Shown here piece after piece: positions 18,891-33,328 of a DNA stretch of 64,000 bases. The notes beneath the pieces were generated by a model that worked only from the letters and a program-made list of their open reading frames with translations, did no database searches and had not been told where the DNA came from. Position numbers and translations under genes: made by a program. This DNA is from the human T2T-CHM13v2.0 reference genome, Homo sapiens, in the NCBI RefSeq assembly GCF_009914755.1, contig NC_060935.1; one strand, written 5' to 3'. Within the stretch, counting starts at the first letter, position 1, and the number at the start of each line of letters is the position of its first letter.

Positions 18891-19069
18891 GGCTGTCGGA
18901 CCCCATGCCATCCTCATGTCAACCCACTAAGGACGGGATCCTTCTGTCCATCTTAAAGATGAGGCAACTAAGGCACATGGAAATTTAAGTATAATACCTT
19001 GCCCAAGGTCACCTAGCTGGAAAATGGACGAGACAGAAAGCGAACCCAGGGCTCCTTTCTGTACGCAGA

Positions 19070-19470
19070 ACCCGCGGTCTTGGCCATAGGCGATGCCACT
19101 TCCGACAGCCCAGCAGGGTCTGGCCCTGGGTCCCAGAGGCGCAGCCCCTGCGGGGTTTGGATGGGTTCCTGCGGCCTCCGATCCGCTGGTGAATTGGGTG
19201 TGTCTGAGCATCGTCCCCGCTCAGCCCGCAGGCGTAGGATAGGGAGGCGTCTCCGGGAATCTACTCCGGGACGGGTCCGCGGTCCTCAGTCGGGATGGAG
19301 CGGGGGCGGAGGCAGCCGGAGGGAACTGGAGTCCCCATTGCAGAACTGCGGGGCCGGGCTCTGGGCTGGGCGCCTGCCCCGCGCGGCCGGCAGAGGGCGC
19401 TGCCGCACACGCCTTGGATCTCACTGTCACTGGGACCTCGGGGCAGGCTGACGTCGGCCTGCAGACGCCT
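19070..19470. promoter_or_regulatory. Second CpG-rich lobe of the orphan island
   Basis: CpG-dense; GC box near 19302; CTCF-like motif; CRE-like TGACGTCG 19449-19456. Confidence 0.7.
19385..19402 (+). promoter_or_regulatory. Candidate CTCF site
   Basis: GGCCGGCAGAGGGCGCTG closely matches the core consensus CCASYAGRKGGCRS. Confidence 0.6.
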
Positions 19471-20767
19471 GGACTCAGAACCCCGAAGCAAGAAGCTTCC
19501 CTTCCTGGTGGCTGCCATCCCTCAGGCCCACCATTTCAGCCCTGGACCTGCTTTCCCTGACCACTTTTCCCCATCTTCTGTGCTCCTGCCATCCCACCAC
19601 TGGCCTTCAAGACTTCCCCAGTCCCTGCACAGCGGGTTTTGTCATCTGCTGAGAGGCGCGGACACTGATTCCCATCCCATTAAAAGGCCTAGATGTCTGC
19701 AAGTCAAATTCAGCCTTGCTTCCCCTTCTCGCCCTCTGGTGATTTAAAATAGGGATACATCATCTACTTGGAATAAATGACTAATTTTTCTCTTCTCCAA
19801 AATACGGTGGGTATGGGGAGGGTTGGTTAAGTAGGCGCACACAGATGAAAGGATCTATTTTCATAATAGCTACCGAGTACAGAGTGCTTCTTTTGCGCTG
19901 AGCCCTTTATGTGCTTTGACTCATTAATCCTCACTACAGCCCTAAGAGGTGTGGATGATGATTGCTGTTTGATGGATGAGGTCACAAGGCTGGTAAGTGG
20001 CAAAGCTGGGATTCTTCCCAGGAGTGTCTGACTTTAAAGCTATGTTCTCATCACCCAGAATGTACACGCTGAAACAACTGAACAGAAGAGGTAAGATGCA
20101 AATCATGAAAAACAAATCAAAATCTACGCTGAGAGTGCATAGAAATACCACATGTCATGGGAGGCTTGACCAGCTTGAGTCCCCAATGTGGGACTCAGAT
20201 GTTGAACAGAAAAACAAAACCTAAAGGTGCAAGGAGAGAATAAGAATGAGGCTTTTGGCTTTAGCTTGGAAGAGCATCCGGAGAGGCCCACTCACTTTCT
20301 ATGTCTGGGCTCTGAGAAAATAAAGGTGGTTCTAGGAAAATCTGAAAAGTATGGGAGAAAGAAAAAAAAAATCCCTTTTGTGGTTTTTCCTTTAACCAAG
20401 CCTCATTTTGCTATTTGTGTTTTATTTTAAAATTAATGTGGCTCTCCCCACCCTTTAAATTGGCACATAAATAGCAAAAACAGAAGGAAAGCCAGCTACA
20501 AACTTAAAATGTGGTGGGTTTCTCAGGAAGGAGGTACATGACTTGAAATGGAAATGAGGATTAAATGAGATGCCTTAAACATTTCAAAAACAGACTTTCC
20601 ACAAGGAATTTAGATCATAAGCCCTTAGGGCAGAAGCTTTGTCTGGGTCTGGGCTTGGTATAGTGTCTAGAATCTGTGAGTGCCCAATGAATGTGTAAAA
20701 CAAATCACCCTTTTAGTACATGCTTGCATCATCTGACCATCTGGGCTACCACGTTGCTTATGGTTTT

Positions 20768-21111
<344 letters not shown>

Positions 21112-21624
21112 TGATATTCCTGTCCTCTAGATCTCAGTCACTCCTCAGACCCCTCCCTTTTCCAGAAATTTGCTCTGGAAATTCAATCAAGGTGAGGCAA
21201 TAGGTGATGATGTCACTAGGCTTGGTGAAGTAGAATGACTGCTCAGCTCTGGAACCACCAACTGGAGGTTTTTCCAAACGAGGAAAACAAAGTCATGGGA
21301 CTTGTCACTTAATAGTTCTGACTGTATTGCCCTGTGCCTTTAAACTGGAAGAATTCCCCCTCTTCACCCAATACCCTGGCCATCCCAGGTGGCCTCCTGC
21401 AAAATTATTGGACTTCTTTGCCCTTTCCTCAGTCTGCTTCTTCTTCCCTCCTTCTTTCAGTACCTTCACTCCACAGACATGTATTGAGAGCCCATTATAT
21501 GTAGGTGCTGGGAGGACAGCAGAGAACCTAGCATGAGCTCATGGGCTCACCTTCTCCTGTTCCCACCTCCACCTGGCTCCTTTCTTCATGGCTCCAACTT
21601 TCAGGTTTGGCTCCACCATAGTAA

Positions 21625-21958
<334 letters not shown>

Positions 21959-23329
21959 AGACACATCTGACATTCTATCAGCTCCGGGCAGCTTCCTGAG
22001 ACCATACCTGCTGACTTTAGAACCCCACCTTGGGGGTACCCATTTGGCAGGTTTGGATCCTGATGGACCTTCAGGAGCAGAACTTGGGAATGTTCTAGCT
22101 CCAGGACCTGCCAATGCCGTCCCATCCTTTCCTAGTTGGCTTTCCTTCCATTCATAAGAACACTGTGACAACTGAAATAATTCAGGTCATATTTATGAAA
22201 CATCTATTACAATGAGAATCCCATAGTGACATAATACTCCACTGTTCACAGGAAAATGCTAGCTAAAACAAACAACAGTGACTGTCTGGCAAGGGACGCA
22301 TCGAATAATGCTTATGAGTCTTTTGGGTCTTTTTTTTTTTAATCTTGGGATCGAGTGATTGATAATAATGAAGGGGAAGGAAGACATTAGGCCTGTTTTA
22401 GTTCTCAGAATTATTCACAGGGAATAGACTTTCACCATCAACACCCTAAAGATGCAGAATGCTCAAGGTAAATTGCCAGTTTTTGTCTTTCTGGAAAATC
22501 CATTAATACTGAATGATCTTGGTCTTGACCCATTCCAAAAAAAAAAAAAAAAAAGAGGATTGAGCCATGGGATTCAGATTATGTCCTTGAAAATCCCTTT
22601 AAAAACTAGATTCCAAATCAGTGCTCTCATTCTTCTTGAATATCCCACCCACCAGCTTAGCTTGTCCTATCCCTTCTAGATACAGCATTATTTTCTCTCT
22701 TTGAGGAAGAATGGCCCAGAGGCCGGAAGAGTGAGGGAACGTAAGAACGACTTTTCCACTGACCTGAGTTGCTAAAGCCATTTGGACCCAGAGAACTCAT
22801 TGTATATGTGTGCTGCTCAATATATATGTGTGCATGAATTTGTGGTTGTGCATTTTCTGGCTAATATCCAAAGTCTTCATAACAAGGGGCCTGAGATACG
22901 ACAAAAGGAAGACCTATGTGTCAAGGACGTGTGTCCACCCACCAAGAAGTTCTGGATGCCCAAAGGGGCTCCTAGCTCAGGGTCTGTGTGTCCAGCTGCT
23001 GGGGTAAAGAGATTTGGAAACCACTGAACATTTCTGCTGGGATCCTTCCAAACCCTTTTGGGAACCGGCAATAGCACTTGTCAGGGGAAATTAGTTCTGC
23101 ACTTTCACAGAGTGAGAAATTCCTCAGGGGGCATTCTTGTACTTGGGAAGAGAAATCGAACCCAGCTGATTCCTTCAGGGCCCTTGCCATTAATAAAGCA
23201 GACGAAGTCCAGTTCAGTTAGTCCCGCCTGGGTCAGGGCGTGGAGTGAGGACAGGAGCAATGGCGTTCAGGGAATTTCACCTGTGGCTATGGCCCTCCTC
23301 TGATGGGTGCAAGCTTGATATTTTAGGGG

Positions 23330-23930
23330 ATCGCGTTACCGGCATGTAAACACCGTGAGTGACAGCCAAAGCTCCCAGGCGACCACAGAGGATCTCAAAC
23401 CCTTCCTATCTTCCTAGAAACCCTGGCAGCCCGACCGGCTGCTTGCTGTCTGATGCAACAGTTTGCAACGCTGTTCTGGGAGTTGAGTCCTGCTGCGGGG
23501 CGCCGGGAACCGGGCCGACGCGCATGCGCGGGCTGCGGCCCCGCCCCAAAGGGCGGAGGGGGAGCTTTTCACCAGATGTGCGGGGGGCGGGGCCGGTCGG
23601 CCAGGGAGACCTCTGGCAGCTCGCGCCTGCGATCTGAGCTTAATTAAACTTCTCCCGAGGCATTGGCTGACTGATTGACCCAGTGATCCAAAAAAATCAG
23701 AGAGGCCCAAATCTCCCCAAACGCACCGGCAGAGCGAAGTTGGGAAGTTGGCTTCGGTTTCCAGACTTGGGCCTTTGGATTCGGCGTCCCTCTCCTGCGC
23801 CCCCGATCCGCAGCACTGTCCAGGATCCACAGCTCGGAAGCACAGTCAAGCCTCGCGGGTCTGGGCCCTCACACCACACACTTTCTTAAGAAGGGAGGCA
23901 TTGTGGCTACGGGGCGGAAAGGAGGCAAGA
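23330..23930. promoter_or_regulatory. Small orphan CpG island with housekeeping-type promoter motifs
   Basis: NRF1 palindrome GCGCATGCGC 23520-23529; GC boxes near 23539, 23551, 23584 and 23911; inverted CCAAT 23662-23666. Confidence 0.75.
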
Positions 23931-24231
23931 TTTTGATACCTCCTTTGTCAGTATCTCCTCTGCCTCGCTCATCTGTTTTAGGTTTTATGAGCAGGAGACG
24001 TCACCGATTATTTTCCAAAATTTTCAGCTGTTCGGATATTGCCTTCACGGTTTGCTTCCATGTCCACATTCCACCACTATTATATATTTTAATAGACTTT
24101 TATTTTATTAACTTTTTCTTTAACTTTAAACCGTTTCCCTTTTTTAGATAGCTTTGCCCTAAGCAATAACATTAGCAAAGCTACAGGCTGAAAATAAATT
24201 CAAAACTATTAAAATAAAAAATATATATATG

Positions 24232-24342
24232 GGCTGGTCCGAGTGCAGTGGTGTTTGCAACTAACTGATCACATTCAGTTACAGATTTCTTTCTTTTCTT
24301 TTTTCTTTTCTTCTCCACTCACACTGCTTCACTTGACCAGCC
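24232..24342 (+). pseudogene. Y RNA (RNY3-derived) retrocopy
   Basis: GGCTGGTCCGAGTGCAGTGGTGTTT...GATCACA..CAGTTACAGATTTCTTT...CTCCACTC.CACTGCTTCACTTGACCAGCC matches hY3; flanked by ATATATATATG on both sides. Confidence 0.92.
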
Positions 24343-24386
24343 ATATATATATATATATATATATATATGCTAAATTGTCTCGTCTA

Positions 24387-24686
<300 letters not shown>

Positions 24687-25103
24687 CTACCTAACATATT
24701 GAGTGATTGTCAATGTCTCAGGCATTATTCTAAGCACTTTACATGTTCTTACTCCTTATGACACCACAGAAGGTGGATGTTGTTTACATTTTAAAGGAGA
24801 AAAATGAGGCACAGAGAGGTTAAGTAACTTGCCTAAGATCACAGAGCCAGGATGCAAACTCCACTAGCCTGTCTCCAGAGCCTACATGGCTGCCCTATCC
24901 AAGGAGGACCCACAGTTTCTCCAAATCTTACCCCTCTTTCAAGGCCAAGATCAAATGTCAGGGCCTGGATGAAGGCTACCTGGGAGATGGGCACACAGGG
25001 TACTGGCATAGGGGAGCATGAGAATCCAGTCAGCCAGGGTTCAGGTACTGGTTTTGCTGTTACTAATTTTATGATCTGAAGCTTTTAGTTTCTTCATCTG
25101 TAA

Positions 25104-25447
<344 letters not shown>

Positions 25448-26269
25448 AGAATCAATTTCTTCATACACCCTTGATCCAACCAACTCAGGACATCTGTCCC
25501 AGTTTAGAGTTCTCTTCTTCCTTCTAAGGCTCGGTTTGGGCCCCTCCCATGTGCTCTCCTGGCACTTGATACTTACCGGGATGTTAGCACTGAATAGCAC
25601 CGTACTGTAAATACTTGCTTCCCTCACTAGACCAGAAGCTCCTTGAGCACAGAGTCTTGCCTTGGTCAGTGCTGTATCTCCAGTACCCAGCCCAGTGCCT
25701 GGCACATGGTGGCCACCCGTTAAAATAGTATTGAATGAATGAACAAAGTGGGCCCTGAATAGAGGAAGGCCTTTTCTTTCCCCTCCAGATTGATGGAGCC
25801 ATCCACATGGAAGGCTGAAGGACCCTCTAGCCTTCTAAGGACTCCTTCCGAGGGCACATTCTGTAACAGTGGGCAGCACTGGCATCACTACCCAAAGAGG
25901 TCAATGGGCTGACCCTGAGAGGTCTCCACAGGGCAAGTTGAGTTAGTGACACAGAACAGGCAGAAATGCCAACAAGCGTTAAGGAACTGCATTCAAGAAT
26001 CTCTCTCAGCACTCATGAACTACTGGTTACTTAGTGCTAAGTGCAAGGGCCTACGTTTTGCAAACTTCAGTTCATTCTCACGACAGTCATAGAAGGTAGG
26101 TCAATCAGCCTTTAAATTTTTTAAAAAAATTTTTTAAAGCACCTTTTTTTTAAAAGCACCTTTGGAATCCAAAGGGTGCTTCCAGGCATTTCTTTCCACA
26201 CTCCCTAGATCCCCCTCCTCCCCTTTACCTGGATGGGACAAAGTTTCTCATTTCCCATGTTTCATTTTC

Positions 26270-26577
26270 TTCTTTTTTTATTTTTTATTATTGTTTTATT
26301 TCTGTAGGTTATTGGGGAACAGGTGGTGTTTGGTTACATCAGTAAGTTCTTTAGTGGTGATCTGTGAGATTCTGTTGCACCCATCAGCCAAGCAGTACAC
26401 ACTGCACTCAATTTGTAGTCTTTTATCCCTCACCCCCTTCCCACCCTTTCCCCTGAGTCCCCAAAGTCCATTGTGTCATTCTTATGCCTTTGCATCCTCA
26501 TAGCTTAACTCCCACTTATGAGTGAGAACATACAATGTTTGGTTTTCCATTCCTGAGTTACTTCACTTAGAATAATA
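26270..26577 (-). mobile_element. L1PA/PB 3' fragment
   Basis: cccacttatgagtgagaacatacaatgtttggttttccattcctgagttacttcacttagaataat. Confidence 0.85.
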
Positions 26578-27578
26578 TCATTTTCTTCTCTAAAGTAACC
26601 CATAAATCTCTGATGTCCGTGACAATCCCTATTTTGAACATCCTATCTACTGTCCTCCATTGACCATGGAAACACTTAGAAATTCCCCTTATCCACATTA
26701 AAACTACATTTCCCAGACTGCCATTCTCATCTGGAAAGAGAACAAAAAGCCTATGTCAGACCATGTGTCTTCTATTTTGGGGTTGGAAAATCTGGTCACT
26801 AACTTGGATAAAGATTGGTATGCCCATAGACTAATTCTTCTGGCCCCAGGCAGACATGAATTTCCCAGGCCTCAAAGATTGGGGGTGGGGATGGGTTATT
26901 ACAGCAAACAAAACCTTCAATTAGAGGCAGAAATAAAGACTTGGTGTAAGACTTTTAGAAAATTGATGACCCCTGCCCATCTATTTTCTTTCTGCAACAG
27001 CCCTTACCACCACCACCTCTTCCCTCTCTCCATTTCCTTTCCTTTCCCCTTCTTCCAGATTCTTCTCTTAATTGTACCATCGTGCCACTCCCTTGTCCCC
27101 ACCCCCACCCCCTTGCCCACACCCATTCTTTAACTGTTTAGTATAAAATCCAGCCCACCAGACTGAGGTTTTCTTCGACCCAAATGTTATTTTCAGAAGG
27201 AGCCATTGAGGTTGGGGAGTAATTGCAGTGTTGGACCTCTGCAAGCCAAGCTGAAAATAATCAGCGAGGCAGATGGGGCGGGAAGAGAGTGTGGTGCCCT
27301 TCCACCAAAGAGCGAGAGAAACCCAACAGAATGAGTCAGAGAGACGAGTGCCAGGCTGGGCCGGCTGGGCTTACGGCTGGGAGTTCAGTTAAGGGGAAAC
27401 TGCCCAAGGTGTTGGGGCCTCTGACTGAGGCCTGATCCAAGATGGTTCCTGGCTGCACATCACAAGTCCATATTTCTTGTGACAGCCGCTAAGCTTCTCT
27501 TGCTCTTACTTGGTTGGGCCATAGGAGCCAGTAGGCCAAATTGGAACTCAGCCGTGCCAGTTGGCTCGCCCATCTCTG

Positions 27579-27788
27579 CAGCGTTTCTCCACTTTGGCAC
27601 TATTGACAGTCTAGGCTGGATGATTCTTTGTTGTGGGGAGCTGTCCTGGGTATTATAGCATGTTTATCAATATCCCTGGCCTCTACCCTCTCGATGCTAA
27701 TAGCATACATGTTTACATTCACGTCCAGTTGTGACAATCAGAAATGTCCCTGGGAAGGCAAAAATCAGCCCTTGTTGAAAAACCACAA
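27579..27788 (-). mobile_element. MER20 (hAT-Charlie MITE)
   Basis: ggcactattgaca...ttctttgttgtgggg.gctgtcctg...atccctggcctctacc...ccagttgtgacaa; degenerate TIRs. Confidence 0.8.
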
Positions 27789-28242
27789 CATCCAGGCCTA
27801 CACGAGAGTCACATCACCTGTCCCCATGGTGGCGCCATTACCTTGCATTCTATCCAAATGGGCCTAGATCCAAATGATTAGCCAACTCGTATTTCCAATG
27901 GCCACTGTTAGATTCCTCAAACTCAGCATGAGTGCCTACCATGTGCCAGGCACTATACTTCATTGTTGACAATGAAGCAGTGGAAAATACAGACATGGTT
28001 CCTGCCTCATGGAAATTACAGGTGTATTGGAGAAAGACGGGCATTCAGTAACCACCAGTGAGAGGTGGGGAAAGAAAAAAATGGGATGCCATGAGACCAC
28101 AGGAGAGGGTTTCTGACTTTGGTGAGGGGATCAAGAAAGGCTCTTAGAGGAAATAAGGAATTAGCCAGTTGGAGATTTGGGGGTAAGGGTGTATTCTGTA
28201 GAGGAGGGACTGAGTGTTCAGATGCCTTGAGTTAAGAGAGAC

Positions 28243-28609
<367 letters not shown>

Positions 28610-30351
28610 TCAGGACAGTGGGAAGGCGTTTTCTCCTCTCACCCCCAAAACTTGCATTTCCTGTACTCCTTCTCTAGGTTTGTAGCGCAGGCATGTACAC
28701 TCAGGATCATATTTAACCATATTTAAACCACCACCCCCTCCATTCTCAGTCAACCCCCCTTAGTCACCCAGTTACCAAGTTCTGTCATTCTCCCACCAAA
28801 ATCTCTCTGCAAACTGTCTCCTTGTCTCCTTGTCTCCTTTCCCACCACCAAAGCCCTGATCTGATGCGGGCTCTTTATTACTCAGCCGAATTTGTGAAAT
28901 AGCTTCCTAACGAGTCATCCTCCAGTCCCTCCCTCAGAGAAAGACACAGATCTGATCATGTCTTCCCAGGCCTAAAACCCCTCCATGGCTTCCAGAGGCC
29001 TGTGGGACAGGCTGCTTCCTTCTCATGGCCTTCAGATGCCCTTCTTTACCTGATCCCAACGTACCCCCAGTTCTCCACTCTGAGATCACGAGCCACACCC
29101 CATAGGCCTCCATACTTTTGCCATTCTCTTTGTCTGAAATGCCCTTCCTCAACCAAAACCATTGGGAAATTCCCATACCTATTTTAAAACCCAGCCAAAA
29201 TGAACTCATGATTCTCTTCCATTCCTTCTAAGAAGCCTCCTCTTAATTCTTCCCTCTGTTTTCACTGGGCTTTATATATTGTTGTGAGTTTACCAGTTGT
29301 CATGTTGACCATAGTTATCTATTTAAACCCATCTCTTCCCTCAGCATCTCAGGACCTCAAGGGCAGATAATGTAGTGGACACTGCTGGCTGGCTACCCAA
29401 CATCCATTCTCCCCCTTCCAGCTTCCTAAGAGAAGCCAAGGTGACGCAAGGCGCAGTGCAGTATTTAGAGTATGAGCTAAGCTGCTGTGACAGACCCAAA
29501 GTATAGAGACTGAAGAAGCAAGCCCATGGGGCTCTGTGGAAACTGACCCTTCCCAATAATTGATTCAGGAACCTGGCCCTAACTAATCTGAGTGCAGCAG
29601 AGACCTTTCTGGTTTACTCATATGCACCATCCCCTTTTTAAATAACAGAACTCCTGATTTTTGGCGAGCAGATGGCTGCCTCGTTAAAGACTACATTTCC
29701 CAACCTCCCTTGCTGTTCAATGTGGCCAGGAGTCTACGTGCTCCCCCAGTGAACAGTGAGCAGACATAATCGGACCACTTTTAAGCTGGGCTCTCAAAAG
29801 CACTGTGCATGTGCTTCCCTGACCCTTCTGCCCTTCTCCCTCCCTGGGAGATGATAGAAATTTGAAGCTGTCTCTTTGGACCTAGAGAGGGAAACCACAT
29901 TTGAATGATGGCCAAGCCCTCCTATCAGTCTTCAACTGCTTTTTTTTTTTTTTTCTGAACTCTCATATGAAAGAGACATACGTTCTATTTTGCTTACACT
30001 CGTATGTGGGGTCTCTGTGTTACAGCTTTTCCTATGCTGTACAAAATACACGTGCCTGGCTTTCCCAAATCTTGGGAATTGGTTCCAAAATAGGTATGTG
30101 TCCTAGTTAGGGCCAATAGATGCCAGGAAGGTTTGATTTGGGTTTCTAGGAAAGAGCATGCTTGTTTTTATCAGGCAGCTTCATGGACAACCTTCTCTCT
30201 TTATCTTCCGCTAGACATTGCAGAGCCTGGAACTAGGGCAGTCCTCTTGCTACCAGCCTAAGGATGGCACCACACACAGAGGAGGGCAAAGTTAAGAGCA
30301 TTGCAGGGAAATGGAATCAGTTTCTGGACTCATCAACTTGGAAGCCTACAG

Positions 30352-30802
30352 TGTTAGTCAGCTTGGGCTGCCATAACAAAATACCATAAACTGAGTGGAT
30401 TCAACAACAGAGATTTATTTTCTCACAGTTCTGGAAGCTAAAAGTCCAAGATCAAGGCGCCATCAAAGTTGGTTTCTGGTGAGGCCTCTCTTCCTGGCTT
30501 GCAGATGGCTGCCTTCTCATTGGGACCTCACATGGCCTCTTCTCTGTGTATGTGTGGAGAAAGAGAGAGCTCTCTGGCATCTCTTCCAGATAGGACTGTT
30601 ATCCTTTTAAGAAGAGGGAGAGATACCAGAGAGCTCTCTGTCTTCTTATAAGAACACCAGTCCTATTGGATTAGGACCTTACCCTTATGACTCATCTAAC
30701 GTTAACAACTGCCATAAAGGGCCTATCTCCAAATGTAGTCACAGAAAGACATTTGTTGGCTTCAACATACAAGTGTGGAGGAGACATAATTCAGTTCATA
30801 AC
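30352..30802 (-). mobile_element. MaLR solo LTR (MLT1A-like)
   Basis: gggctgccataacaaaatacca...tttattttctcacagttctgga...aagtccaagatcaagg. Confidence 0.82.
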
Positions 30803-32856
30803 ATCACCCTACCTCTGGACCCCCAACCTCCAACTAAGTGAGCCAACAAATATCCTTCCATTGAGGCCAGCTCGAGTTGGTTTCCTCATGTCTTACCTTA
30901 CAATATTTCACTCCTCTTCCTATCCCTGCTGTTCCTAGACAGACCCCAATGCACAGAAAGTGTCAATCAATATTTGTGGAATGAATGCTCAGTTGCTATT
31001 TTTCTTCTTGTACCTGCAACGACTACCTCACAGATAAGCTGTAAGCCTTTCTCTTTCCTCTGCCCTGCAAGTATGTATTATTGCTATTCTTCCTGCTATT
31101 CCCCTTTTTTTAGATGAGCAAATTCAGGCTTAGAGAGGTAAAATCACTTGTTCAAGGTTGGTAGGTGACAGAGCTGGCTTTGACCTCAGGTCTGAGAGTC
31201 CCCCCAGCCTGGACTCTTAACTAGAGTGCTTGGTGGGAAACCTTTGGAATTTGGCGGCATCATCTGTGGTCTTATAACTTAAGCAGGCATAGGGGAAGGG
31301 CATGGTGAGGCCCCAGCCCCGTAAGGTCAGTACTGATGGAGAGAAGGCTAGGACAAGAGAGAAACACAGTCACTGAAGTGAAGTGCAGGGCAGTGAAGAC
31401 CACCAGGCAATCCAGGTCAAGTATGTGAAGGGAGAGGCCAGCTCTGTCGCTTAGGGTCTCCTGACACCAACAAGTGGGGGTTTAGGAGAAGAGACACAGC
31501 CCCAGGTGGACTCCAGGAGGGAGTGTGATCACCAGCATCGAGAGTCCACTGTCCCCTACTCAGCAGGACCCCTGAAGCAGGTGAGGGGTGGCCACAGGAG
31601 CAGGAGGCAGCCCTGGAGAGGTCTGTGTCCTGGTCATTTGTTTGGTTTGTTGTCACATCTGTTCCTTGCCTGTGTTCTGCTCAGTATCTTGGAGGGCAAA
31701 TCACATGCTCCAGACCCTCTTGCCAACTGGCTTCTGATTAGTTTTACCCAATGAAAGTTTCTGGAGGAAGATGGAGGGCAGAGGAAGAAGAGAAGTCTGG
31801 GTATTCCTCCTGATCTCCAGATCTGGGTGGCAGCTCTGGCTGTGAGTCCATCTGCTTCATGGCTCCAGCTCCCTTGGGCAGTCCAGGTTCTGGGCTCCCT
31901 CCCTTTGTTTCTCCAGCCCTGGGAGCAACCCCACTGGTAGGGGGGCGGAGGGGTGACAGTTTCCTGCTGCTGCTCCTCTCTGGTTGGCCTCCCCACCCCC
32001 AGATGCCTTTTCAACATTTCCAACCATTTCCCCTGCTGAACCTGGGTCCTGGTCTCCTGTCTGGGCCCTGCCTGGTACCCCAGACTGGAAGGAGACAGTC
32101 ACGGTCCTCGTCTCCTACCGCAGCTGTGGATCAAGGCAGTCTCACTGGGCAGAGTGGCAGGAAGCACCTGGGCTTGAGTGTAGGCAGAAGCCCAGTCCTG
32201 CCGCCAGGCCACCAGGGTGCCCTTTCAGTGACCATGAACAGAATTCAGCAGCCTCCCAGCAGAACCCCACTGGATCCCAGACCAGGAGCCCTGGCAATTG
32301 TTGCAGCTGAGTCTGTAGAATCTCTTCATTCTGTCACTCATGTTCTCCCAGCCTCGAAAGACTCCCAGCTGGGCCACTCCCTACCTGTGTGACACCAGCA
32401 AGTCACTTAACCTCGCTGTACCTCAGTGTCCTTACCTGGATTACACAGAAACTAATAGTACCTCCTCTATTGCCATGACGATGAAAGAAGAGAAAACTTG
32501 GCACAATGCCTGACACAGAGCCAGTGATCAATAAATGGGAGCAGCAGTCATTGTTATTGTTAACAATAGTAATAGCCTGGGCAGTCCCAGAGGACCTTTG
32601 GAGAGCAGGGGCACCCAAGAAGGGGAGGGAGGTTTTACATCTCTCCTGCCACATCAGAGTAAAGACTGGATCCTGAGCTGGGGCTGGGGCAGGAGAGGTC
32701 ACTGGGGCTACACAAACACCAGGCACTGCTCCTCAGTGTTTGTTCTATGCCTGGCTGTGTGCAAAACATGGAATCGTGTCCTGCGTACTACTGTGTTTAA
32801 TCCTTCAACCACTGGAAGAGGTATGTGTCTGTTATCATCAATGACGACATACCCAT

Positions 32857-33328
<472 letters not shown>

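Noticed and set aside
21960-23330. Possible processed pseudogene or lost gene next to the 23.5 kb promoter
   Set aside because: None of the translations I examined resembles a protein I recognise; a BLASTX/Dfam search would settle it.
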